Of a DNA stretch of 64,000 nt, positions 11,101 to 19,187 are shown one piece after another; within the stretch, counting starts at the first letter, position 1; every line of letters starts with the position of its first letter. The stretch is from Escherichia phage vB-EcoP-XT18. The notes under the pieces are model-generated. The model saw nothing but the letters and a program-made list of their open reading frames with translations. It had not been told where the DNA came from and did no database searches. The DNA lies in sequence record OR757434.1; one strand, 5' to 3'. Both the position numbers and the translations under genes were made by a program.

Positions 11101-12551
11101 ATCTCTGGAGAAACATTATCAGCCATCTTCTGTAGTTCAGCAGCTTTCTCTACAAAGTTATTAAAGTCTTCACCATCACGAGCTTTGAATCGATTTGCTT
11201 CATTGTAGAAAGTCTTGTAAGCATCAATGAAATCACGGTCAGCTTGTGTACGGTTCTTAATGTCAATCGGACTACCAGTAAAATCACCAGAAGCTCGGAG
11301 AGAAACTAACTCACGATCAAGATTATCCAGAACATCTGTAAGAGCTTTAGTGTTATCCTTTGTGTAATCAGCCATTGCATCTTTCATAGCAACAGCTTGC
11401 TTCTGGTTGTGCTCGTTATCAGCGAATGCTTTACCACGAACTTTAGAAGGAGAAGCCAAAGGATTGAGGCCAGGAATGTTAGAATGTTCTTTCTGAACAG
11501 AAGCAGCTTTCTCGGCACGAGCTTGGTCTGTATTAAGGATGCGCTGAGCAGCAGGAGAGTCTACAGCAACAGCATCTGTGATACGGAATCCGTTCTCATC
11601 CAGAAGGTTAAGGGCAGAAGCGGCGTTAGCAGTTTCAGCTTTAGAGTATGCTTCTTTCAGCTCATCAATGTTCTTAGCACTACGAATTAATTCATCATCA
11701 GCAGCAATGTCAGTCTTTGCATACTCTGGAGTATTCTTAAAGACAGCAGAATCTGGACGACTAATCAAACCATGGACACCACCAACTGCACCACCGAATG
11801 CAGCACCCATAGCGCCTTCTTCAATAGCACCTTCTAAGACATTAGAAAAGGTTGTGTCATCACCATGTTTGTTCTGAGCTTCAGCAGCACCTACAAGAGC
11901 ACCACCTTTAGCACCAGCCACTGCGTTACTAGCAACGTTCTGACCAATACGACCAAGTGTAGACTCAGCTGTACCAACAGCACCCGGAAGGATTCTCTGA
12001 GCTGCATAGTTAGCACCACCAACTAGAGCGGCATCCAGAACAGACTTATCTTCTCCCTCTTCAGGAGTTTGGTCTGCATATGCACGACCTGTCTCACGAC
12101 CTGCAATGATAGCAGCGGCAGCTAATGGGTTAGCAACAGTCAAACCAATATCACCAACAACGCCAGCATATTGCCCAGCAGTTTTACCAATCCCATCCTC
12201 AATCTTATCCATACGATCTTTCAGAAGGTTCTGAGAGTTCTCTTGGATACGCTTACCATAACTAGTTTGTGCTCCAGCTAGATTCTCACCAATCTCAACT
12301 AAACCACCAATACCTTTAGCAGCACTAGCTGCAATGTTTGCACCACCAGATTGAAGAGCATTTGACACACCTTGAGCAAACTCACCTATAGCACCACGTT
12401 CTTCTTGTTGTGGTTGTGCTACTGGTTGTTCCTCAGGAATAGAGCCACCTGCTGCCTTATATTGTTCTCTCATTTGAGCTTGACGCTCCGGAGAGGCATT
12501 CAGATACGCAGGAGCTTTGGAAGCTTCTTCCCACGGTTTAATGTTAGCCAT
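8130..12551 (-). CDS. large internal virion protein (putative ejection/core protein, long coiled-coil region)
   Basis: About 1470 aa; Ala/Gly-rich N-terminal third then long K/E/R/A-rich coiled-coil-like region; start set at ATG with AAGGAG RBS 45 nt inside track ORF 8130..12596. Confidence 0.45.
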   Translation of the reverse strand: MANIKPWEEASKAPAYLNASPERQAQMREQYKAAGGSIPEEQPVAQPQQEERGAIGEFAQGVSNALQSGGANIAASAAKGIGGLVEIGENLAGAQTSYGKRIQENSQNLLKDRMDKIEDGIGKTAGQYAGVVGDIGLTVANPLAAAAIIAGRETGRAYADQTPEEGEDKSVLDAALVGGANYAAQRILPGAVGTAESTLGRIGQNVASNAVAGAKGGALVGAAEAQNKHGDDTTFSNVLEGAIEEGAMGAAFGGAVGGVHGLISRPDSAVFKNTPEYAKTDIAADDELIRSAKNIDELKEAYSKAETANAASALNLLDENGFRITDAVAVDSPAAQRILNTDQARAEKAASVQKEHSNIPGLNPLASPSKVRGKAFADNEHNQKQAVAMKDAMADYTKDNTKALTDVLDNLDRELVSLRASGDFTGSPIDIKNRTQADRDFIDAYKTFYNEANRFKARDGEDFNNFVEKAAELQKMADNVSPEMKKAIGGLKKLKGMPEGFNPIQDAYTLNNTAKFMSNQDRGWTSLTDDGFREASSPSLVMNTLGAAKYALNRFSSQRARSQRVKQQESNSEAIRSLARGDLEVARAKSTADEARAKMEEEPVVGDIKFKTQNDVETEPVREPSSSTVTEENLSSSAPQETPLTARDLVAQRRAIRQAEQRRAEEEAAQAQEAPVEQAPQAEPLPARNPLEERRAMEQQRAQEEAAQAPEPTVEEPTVKAEPLPARAPKAPKEAVQDVKPASGVERLAAMSSAARQATKDRAERFARSLYSKAAKAKATAENFLAYKGDPKELMRRIRQEDNAINTERHEEMARNQLSSQQGIATAKNNTVRTNFAEWVKERGLPEDIATKALRAEEKGLGGNVTNLDSLKRRAERLYQKQREDEFDRLYQQALEENKAFDKKDAPKLVDQKKELQSEIDTLIDSEPLRPAQKDAMRKLMNDYVDGKFKSSEKAGREEALEVGQMKDVWDGFINTYNREVNAFNKANKNSQYEAAAKHLQAREERLATLKNKAQARSDAKAAVENERKTLEAIAAQKSEIEKMMEGLPKPVREAQESRTLKQLAAHHDKNSPVPPEKFRSYIERIHNAESDYLDRQRRLTDAEEDARQAKWNKMYEQAEEMNRKFDVDKRVKRSEELKAAQERENDLMAVQRQRDDIHRRLVRTMEDKGISREDAEAFAGSYMDNRYALLEKPMTPTEHQNARSRIEADVEKFAKKYESMTPIEKEIVKVTGDTEGKIDNLDSDTRKAIEEAQKVDSDIKKLQEEEMEMEKIRSALPDDEKSQANSDILESIKQQEEVFADKVEKAFLSGKSLDELASVAEVLDRVHGADKAGNNRRFVRALQTAAENKKKYGDNPVAWFSADDYSAIAKLGASSAGGNKSRALEKIFGSTAEQAKSKLLGRDDVAKMRRVIEENPDVKIPSYKTTNRTEYLQFLEKFNDEGKPKIKRGSLSEKLERSKRQSRLRVRVRPKE

Positions 12552-12589
12552 AACGTCTCCTTTTATAAATAAAAATGTCCTACCCCCTA

Positions 12590-12598
12590 TATACATTA
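12590..12598 (-). promoter_or_regulatory. TAATGTATA motif upstream of large virion protein gene
   Basis: Reverse complement of tatacatta; overlaps the track's upstream ATG, supporting the downstream start. Confidence 0.3.
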
Positions 12599-12618
12599 TA
12601 GAAGGCAGGACTTAGGTC

Positions 12619-14274
12619 TTATTGAGCGAACCAGCTGGTGTCTTCAACAGCTGATAAAGCACCGTTTAGTTTAGGATTGGTTGCTGCACCACCAACTGCC
12701 TCTTCTGCCTGTTCAGAGAAAACACCGAGTGGGTCATAGAAACCACCAGAAGGAATTGCACGGTTAACCAATGCAGTAGCCCTCTTCTTATCCATACCTG
12801 AACCAATGTACGCTTCGATAGTAGCTCTCTTAGCATCAGCAACACCTTTCATTGCAGATGTATGACCAACATTAGCCTGCTTACGGGCATAAGAAAGAGC
12901 AGAGTCAGTAGGACGCCATCCTGACTTAAGAGCAAACTTGTTGCCAACACGAATGAAGATTGATGGGTCTTCTGCGAAGTGTCCCAAGTCTTCTTCGGTA
13001 AGGGAACGAGTAGCACCGATTTCAGCCCTTGCGGAGTTCATGATAGCCTGCATGTAAGCAGAACGAGCTGTCTGGTAGTCTTTATCTTTAACTGCTTTGT
13101 CAGCCAAATCCAAGTCTTTGTTGGACTGGTTAAACAGACCACCTTTCTCTGCCCACTGCTTAGCAACTGTACCTTCAGCTGTGTTCTGAGCAAGACGAAC
13201 TTCTTTCGGGTTAAAGTTAAAACTCTGAGCAACTTGTTCAGCACGTTCAGCCTTAACTTTATCACGATAACCAATCAACTCTTTCTGACGTTCAAAGTTC
13301 ATGTCAGTTCTCTTTTCAGCAGCACGACGAGTTTCCTCAGCACGTTCACGCATAGACTGCTCTTGAATCTGTTGACGTCTATCCCATTCAGCATTCTGAC
13401 GTTCTTCACGAGCAGCATACAGAGCTTCCTGTTGAAGAGGGTCTTTAGCTTTCATCTTCAGAAGAGAAGGATCACCCTGAGCTATAGCAGCTGCAATTGA
13501 GTCTTGAGAGAAACCTTGTTCAATCAGAGCATCACGGTTAGCTTCCAGTTGCTTTTTAGTCTCATCTTGATTAGCCATCCCCTGACCAATCTGGAATGCT
13601 TCGATAGGAGATTTACCTGACATGATAGAAAGACCTACACCCATTAAACCTGTATAGAAACTAGAGTTCTGATAGAAAGGTTCTTTCTGTAACTTCTTCC
13701 AAGCTTCTGAAGGATCTTTAGCTTTTGCAACTTGCAAGATATCATTGTTAACACGCTCTTGATCTTTAGTACGAGTAGCAGCAGCCATTCCGTCACCGGT
13801 GTCTTGTCCTTGAGCAAGAGTATTAACAACACCTTGTGCTTGTTCAACCTGAGAAGGAGTAAACTCCATAGGACCAGTTTCTAGTGGCTTGGCAGGAGGT
13901 GTCACCGGAAGAGGGTCACTAGGCATAAGTCCAGCATCCTGCAAACCTTGATCAGTAGATAAATTAGGATTAGCTGCTACAGGGGCTGGTGCTCCAATGT
14001 CAATACCCTGAAGACTTGTTGGGGTTCCTTGATTCTGTTGTTCCATAAGACGTTGCTGGAATCCCGGATTCATCATAGCATTCTGATCTTCTTCTGCCTG
14101 AGAGACAAGACCTGCGAGAGATGAAGGTACAGCAGGACGCTGGTACATAGAAACATCCGCTGTCTGAGTAGGTCTAGCCATATAAGGAGAGGCCGAAGCC
14201 GCTCCCGGATTAACACCGTAGAAAGTATTTCTCGGGTCACGACTTCTGACCTGAGCGTAAGTTGTCTGTTGCAT
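12619..14274 (-). CDS. internal virion protein (Gln/Ala/Glu-rich)
   Basis: Position in structural operon; compositional bias; no enzymatic motif. Confidence 0.4.
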   Translation of the reverse strand: MQQTTYAQVRSRDPRNTFYGVNPGAASASPYMARPTQTADVSMYQRPAVPSSLAGLVSQAEEDQNAMMNPGFQQRLMEQQNQGTPTSLQGIDIGAPAPVAANPNLSTDQGLQDAGLMPSDPLPVTPPAKPLETGPMEFTPSQVEQAQGVVNTLAQGQDTGDGMAAATRTKDQERVNNDILQVAKAKDPSEAWKKLQKEPFYQNSSFYTGLMGVGLSIMSGKSPIEAFQIGQGMANQDETKKQLEANRDALIEQGFSQDSIAAAIAQGDPSLLKMKAKDPLQQEALYAAREERQNAEWDRRQQIQEQSMRERAEETRRAAEKRTDMNFERQKELIGYRDKVKAERAEQVAQSFNFNPKEVRLAQNTAEGTVAKQWAEKGGLFNQSNKDLDLADKAVKDKDYQTARSAYMQAIMNSARAEIGATRSLTEEDLGHFAEDPSIFIRVGNKFALKSGWRPTDSALSYARKQANVGHTSAMKGVADAKRATIEAYIGSGMDKKRATALVNRAIPSGGFYDPLGVFSEQAEEAVGGAATNPKLNGALSAVEDTSWFAQ

Positions 14275-14287
14275 ATTTATCTCCTAA

Positions 14288-15256
14288 TTAAGAACTAGCC
14301 ATCCCGCCAATCACCCCTCCAGCCAAGGCACCCCAAGGACCAAAAGAAGAGCCAGCTGCTGCACCACTCATAGCTCCACCAAGGAAACCACCTTTGCCAC
14401 CAGATGTTTTAGTAGTTGTAGTTTGTCCGAGAGCACCGTTAAGTACACCTGCTGCACCTAGTTGGTTGTTAATGTCCTGCCATCCCCAGTTAGCTGCGTT
14501 CTGAGCATTCTGGTAGGCATTATCATATTCATTCTGTTGTTGCTGTTGTTGCTGCAACCCTGCATTCCATTGATTCATCATTTGCTGTTGAGACAAATTA
14601 GCACCTTGCTGGCCTAAGTTAGAAAGATTAGAACCGATAGTAGAAAGACCTGAGAGAGCAGCTGCCTGATTCTGCCTATTACCAGAGAGGATGCTTTCAG
14701 CTTGACTAATAGCTGAGTTATAGGCGCTATTGGTAATATCTGTTGCTTGTCCTTGCATCTGATTCAGAGCATCGCCTTGAGCGAAAGATTTAGCCATACG
14801 AGCACCTGAACCCTGCTGACCAGCATACTGTTGAGCTAACTGAGGCAAAGCATTACGTGCTAGGTTCTGTTGAACTTGTTCGTTATTAGCTGTAATAGCT
14901 GCTTGCACAGCATCGTCATCATACAATTGACCAGCAAGAGCACCAATCTGTTCTCCAGTAACCCCACCTTGTCCAGAAAGGCTCTGGTAGCCTTTATAGG
15001 CATTATCTAGATAACCCAACCCTTGGCCTGCTGCATCCATGTATTGTTGTGAGAGAGTCCCTAGAGCACCAGATTGTGCCAAGTTGTTAAGAGCTTCTGT
15101 CTGGTTGTTATTAAACCCTACATTGTCACGATAAACATAATCCCCTGAACTAGTATTACCAATCTGCTGGTTAAGCTGGTCAATATACTGTTGAATGTAT
15201 TCAGGGCGAATCATTTGAGAAGTAGTCTTACTACCCCCGCCTCCGAAAAGTCCCAT
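14288..15256 (-). CDS. virion protein, Gln/Asn/Gly/Ala-rich low complexity
   Basis: Poly-Q stretch (QQQQQQQ) and G/A-rich termini; structural operon. Confidence 0.4.
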   Translation of the reverse strand: MGLFGGGGSKTTSQMIRPEYIQQYIDQLNQQIGNTSSGDYVYRDNVGFNNNQTEALNNLAQSGALGTLSQQYMDAAGQGLGYLDNAYKGYQSLSGQGGVTGEQIGALAGQLYDDDAVQAAITANNEQVQQNLARNALPQLAQQYAGQQGSGARMAKSFAQGDALNQMQGQATDITNSAYNSAISQAESILSGNRQNQAAALSGLSTIGSNLSNLGQQGANLSQQQMMNQWNAGLQQQQQQQNEYDNAYQNAQNAANWGWQDINNQLGAAGVLNGALGQTTTTKTSGGKGGFLGGAMSGAAAGSSFGPWGALAGGVIGGMASS

Positions 15257-15268
15257 ATTAAATCTCCT

Positions 15269-16321
15269 TTAGTTTGCTCCGAATGCCCCTAAGACCCCAC
15301 CTAAGATATTATTACCCGTTGTGGATAACCAGTTAGACTGACCTTTCTGTTGAGAAAGATTAGAACCTCCAATCATAGGACCAGCCATTCCAGATTGCCC
15401 ACCTGAGTTGTTATAGGAACTCCAAGCATTCTGAGTCTGTTGGTTAGGAGAGAAAACTCCCATACGACCTGCAATACCCAAACCAGTGATACCAGCACCT
15501 AGGAGCTGTTGTCCAGTATTAATCCCCGGAGCAGCATTCTTAATCGTGTATCCAGCCATAGGACTTACACTATTTAGTACATTAAGCTGATTGTTAAGCT
15601 GATTCCATCCATACTGCTGAGAGCCGATAGCATTCTGCCAATTAATATCAGCCTGAGCTTGGGCTTGTTGCTGTTGCAGATTGCCAGCCATGAGTTGATT
15701 CTGAATGGCCTGTTGAGTTGCCTGAACACCTTGAGCACCTAGGTTGAGGTTCTGTCCAGCTAGACCGGATTGAGCACCAAGTAACCCTCTCTGGAAGTTC
15801 TGATCTTGTTGCAAAGCACTTACACCCATATTCTTGCCACTGATAGTACGAGACAGGTTTGTATTAGCACCATTCAAAGCAGCCCCTTGAGCCGCAGCCC
15901 TACGGAGAGAACCAGAATCAGAGCCATTGCCAAGAGAGACATTAGAAGCTGCTTTGCTAGTAGCTTGTGCAAGAGCTGAGTTGTTTAGTCCTTTACTAAA
16001 GTTATTAACACCCTCAGCCGTAACTCCACCACCATTGACAATATTCTGATACTGTTGAGCAAGAGAGTTGAGTTGGTCCAAACCTTGCTGTGTACGAGGT
16101 GTGTACATATCAGCTAATTGCTTTTGAGTTGTAGAAGCTGCTAAGTTATTCAGAGCACCTTGTTGGTTGCCATTAAACCCAGCCAGCTGTTGGGAAATAA
16201 ATCCCTGATCGTTGTTCTGCATATTCTGAGCATTAGCAACAATCTGCTTCAGCAGGGCATCAACCTGAGAGGAAGGAGCCACTGTGGTTTTGCTAGAAGC
16301 TGATTTTCCAAATAAAGACAT
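15269..16321 (-). CDS. virion protein, Gln/Asn/Gly-rich low complexity (paralogue-like of 14288..15256)
   Basis: Similar composition and repeated NNQL/LNNLA-type motifs. Confidence 0.4.
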   Translation of the reverse strand: MSLFGKSASSKTTVAPSSQVDALLKQIVANAQNMQNNDQGFISQQLAGFNGNQQGALNNLAASTTQKQLADMYTPRTQQGLDQLNSLAQQYQNIVNGGGVTAEGVNNFSKGLNNSALAQATSKAASNVSLGNGSDSGSLRRAAAQGAALNGANTNLSRTISGKNMGVSALQQDQNFQRGLLGAQSGLAGQNLNLGAQGVQATQQAIQNQLMAGNLQQQQAQAQADINWQNAIGSQQYGWNQLNNQLNVLNSVSPMAGYTIKNAAPGINTGQQLLGAGITGLGIAGRMGVFSPNQQTQNAWSSYNNSGGQSGMAGPMIGGSNLSQQKGQSNWLSTTGNNILGGVLGAFGAN

Positions 16322-16340
16322 AAGTCCTCCTTAACGATTA

Positions 16341-17123
16341 TTACTTAACACCAATGCTAGCCAAACGTCTGAGCACTGCTTGTGTTTGTGGACTGTACTG
16401 AGAACCTGCTGCATGAGGTGTACTCACTCTCTGAACTGTTTGAGAAGTAGGAGGTTTACCAGCAAGCATAGCAGCTACTCCTAATACTGCATTACCAAAG
16501 TTCTGTTGAGGCTTCTGGTCTTCACCTTCCTGTACTTCATCAGAGTAAAACTCTACCGGATTACCACCTAAAGCACCTGTCTTAGAAGCAGAAATCTCTG
16601 CCTGAGTTGGAGCTTGTGCAGCCTTCTCTCTATTTAGATTTTCTGGATTAAACTGGTTGACCGGTTGGACAGCTTGCAAAGCTCCAATAGGGTTAGCAAT
16701 CTGAGAAGCTGCATCACCATAGAAAGGGAGAAAATGTTTGTTGTTCATTGAATCAAGAGCCTGAGGGGTAAACCCTCTTTTACCAGCGAACATCTGCTTA
16801 GCACCACCTATACCTTCTGAATAACCAACCATTGCTTTCTTAACATCACCATTAAAAGCCTTTAAGTTATCTCTAATATAACGAGCACCCATGTCAATAT
16901 TTTTTGCTGGGTCCAGTCTATCTTCCAGCTTATATCCATAGTCTTTAGCCAACCCTTTACTGATCTGCATTAAACCTACAGGACCAGTTCCAGAGGCCAC
17001 TTTAGGACGTCCACTAGACTCTCTTTGGATTACAGCATGAATCAAAGCAGCTGGTATTCCATACTTCTTTGAAGCCTGTTGAACCATTGGGTCTAGTTCT
17101 TCAATACCCATTTTAATTGCCAT
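16341..17123 (-). CDS. virion-associated lytic transglycosylase (SLT domain)
   Basis: ESSGRPKVASGTGPVGLMQI matches the SLT catalytic E-S ... GLMQ motif. Confidence 0.7.
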   Translation of the reverse strand: MAIKMGIEELDPMVQQASKKYGIPAALIHAVIQRESSGRPKVASGTGPVGLMQISKGLAKDYGYKLEDRLDPAKNIDMGARYIRDNLKAFNGDVKKAMVGYSEGIGGAKQMFAGKRGFTPQALDSMNNKHFLPFYGDAASQIANPIGALQAVQPVNQFNPENLNREKAAQAPTQAEISASKTGALGGNPVEFYSDEVQEGEDQKPQQNFGNAVLGVAAMLAGKPPTSQTVQRVSTPHAAGSQYSPQTQAVLRRLASIGVK

Positions 17124-17135
17124 AATATCTCCTTG

Positions 17136-18167
17136 TTATAGTCCAGCAAAAACCTTAGCTGCATTCATTACAGGAACTGATAGATTAACTACAGTGTCAG
17201 CTCCTAGGTCGTAATTTTGATCCCACTGAAATAGGTATCTTCCATAGCCAGTTCCTATGCTAGAGCCGCTCATTGTGTGAGATCTCATTTGCTGATATCT
17301 CCATCCACTACCTTGGCCTTTTATTGCACCTATTCCAGAAGTAAGAGGTATCATAGGATACGACATTCCAGTGTTACCACCACCTGAACCTATAAAAGTA
17401 TCTACAGTGAAAGGTGTTCTGTTAGTAGAGAAGACGCACTGAGTGGTGCCCGGAGAGTAGATATTCAAACCCCCGTTATGCTCAGGAACGCCAGCTCCGT
17501 TGCAGAATACGGCAATCCTCACAAAGACGGACCCTCCTTCATTAGTGTTTCCGTTGACATAAGGCCTATTCTGATAGACTCGAATAATCCTGTCATCAGA
17601 TGTGTAAGATAAACCAACCCCTCCATCAGACCAATTAGCAAATACAACAGCATTGGTCATATTGAACCCACCAATATTTGGTATCTGAAGGGAGTTGTTT
17701 ATGGTCCCCTGCCAAGCCCAAATACATTGACCAACAACCCCACTATCCGATATTGAGAAGTAGTCTGCTGTATTGGAAAAGGTAATTCCATAATTCCTAT
17801 CCGCTCTAGGCCATATTTGGTATACGTTGAACCCACAGTCGAACAGAGGGTTACTACCTGGGTTCTGATTCAGAGTGACTCTAAAAGAGGAGTTGTTTTC
17901 TACGTAGATATCATTCACACAATAAACATCAGGAACTAGGTTAGGAGGGACTTCCCATTGCCAGCATAAAGAACCAGTAGGAACAATAACTATCTGACCA
18001 CTGCCATCCCACCCACTAATAGGGAAAGACCTCCCTGCCCCGTTAAAGTTAAAACTTCCTCTTATACTATTCTTGAACTGAGGGAAAGTACTTCCACTGT
18101 CTATGAAAAGAGGGGCTGGTGTAGCTGGTCCCGGCCCTACCGGTTGTGTCCAAATTCCATATGCCAT
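17136..18167 (-). CDS. tail/virion structural protein
   Basis: Position between tail fibre-like gene and transglycosylase; no motif recognised. Confidence 0.3.
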   Translation of the reverse strand: MAYGIWTQPVGPGPATPAPLFIDSGSTFPQFKNSIRGSFNFNGAGRSFPISGWDGSGQIVIVPTGSLCWQWEVPPNLVPDVYCVNDIYVENNSSFRVTLNQNPGSNPLFDCGFNVYQIWPRADRNYGITFSNTADYFSISDSGVVGQCIWAWQGTINNSLQIPNIGGFNMTNAVVFANWSDGGVGLSYTSDDRIIRVYQNRPYVNGNTNEGGSVFVRIAVFCNGAGVPEHNGGLNIYSPGTTQCVFSTNRTPFTVDTFIGSGGGNTGMSYPMIPLTSGIGAIKGQGSGWRYQQMRSHTMSGSSIGTGYGRYLFQWDQNYDLGADTVVNLSVPVMNAAKVFAGL

Positions 18168-18168
18168 A

Positions 18169-19137
18169 TCACCAACTCCCTATCCTAATTCTCAGAGCAC
18201 CACTTCCATCATAGAAGTCTATCCTGTTTCCATTCATCCATAATTGTGCCCCACCTGTGCCACCCATAACGAAATCACCTCCAACAGTAAACCTCCAGTT
18301 AGTACCTGACATTGTACCAGCAGTTATTTTATCAGCAGACAAACTTTGAATCTGAGCATTGGTGATTGATACGTTGGTAATCTGCCCCCACTCAATAGTA
18401 GCAGTTGCAATTTGAGCAGAGGTGATAACTACGTTAGTGATATCAGCAAACTCCATAACAGCTCTACCGTTCTCAACTCTGAATGGGGTACTTCCTGACG
18501 TGCCATCAGATACCACAAACTTATCAGCTGTTACTTGGAACTGGCTTATAGTGCCATTGTTTGTTAGCTTTACCCCTGCTGTCTTGCCGTTTACTGTGGA
18601 ATTAACACCCCAAGTAGCCTCATACTCGGTGAGCTTCATATACTGAGATGCACTTCCTGTGCCATTAGTGAGATCAGATTGAATAAGAGCTATCTCTTGT
18701 CCTTGGTCGTTAACAATCCCTTCGACAGTTTGGATAGATGCTGTATTTCCTTCTATAGACGTTTTGATACCGGACACAGTTGAATCCAGCTTGACAGGAG
18801 GACTAACAGAATTATCCCAAATGTCATCAGTGGATAGATTACCCATTTGTGTTATGATATCTGCAATGGCAGTCTCAATCTCTGTAGTAACACGGTTCTC
18901 TAGTTCATCGAATTGTAAATTCATAGCATGAAGAGCTTTAATACGAACATCAATCTCCTCATGGATTTCATCTATAGCTTGGAACATTTGATTAGTTGCA
19001 GTACTGATATTCTGGAGTTCATCATATATTGCAACGTTGTTAGTTTCTACACTCTCAGAGGTGTTTAGAAAACCCACACTATAAGGTTGTGTTGTGTTGT
19101 TTCTTCCGGTATTCTTACGAAAGCCACCAGCACCCAT
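18169..19137 (-). CDS. tail fibre-like protein
   Basis: N-terminal coiled-coil-like region then Ser/Thr/Gly-rich beta-rich C-terminus; strong RBS AAGGAGG. Confidence 0.4.
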   Translation of the reverse strand: MGAGGFRKNTGRNNTTQPYSVGFLNTSESVETNNVAIYDELQNISTATNQMFQAIDEIHEEIDVRIKALHAMNLQFDELENRVTTEIETAIADIITQMGNLSTDDIWDNSVSPPVKLDSTVSGIKTSIEGNTASIQTVEGIVNDQGQEIALIQSDLTNGTGSASQYMKLTEYEATWGVNSTVNGKTAGVKLTNNGTISQFQVTADKFVVSDGTSGSTPFRVENGRAVMEFADITNVVITSAQIATATIEWGQITNVSITNAQIQSLSADKITAGTMSGTNWRFTVGGDFVMGGTGGAQLWMNGNRIDFYDGSGALRIRIGSW

Positions 19138-19154
19138 ATAACCTCCTTCTTATA

Positions 19155-19181
19155 AACAAGAAAAGGGAGCACGAAGCTCCC
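19155..19181 (-). terminator. rho-independent terminator
   Basis: gggagc-ttcgt-gctccc hairpin followed by TTTTCTTGTTT on - strand. Confidence 0.55.
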
Positions 19182-19187
19182 TTAGTA

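Noticed and set aside
8639-11877. Multiple 60-170-aa ORFs on the + strand inside the 1470-aa virion protein gene (e.g. 8700..8894, 10632..11135, 11397..11877)
   Set aside because: They are antisense shadows of a long, compositionally biased - strand gene, with no RBS and low-complexity translations.
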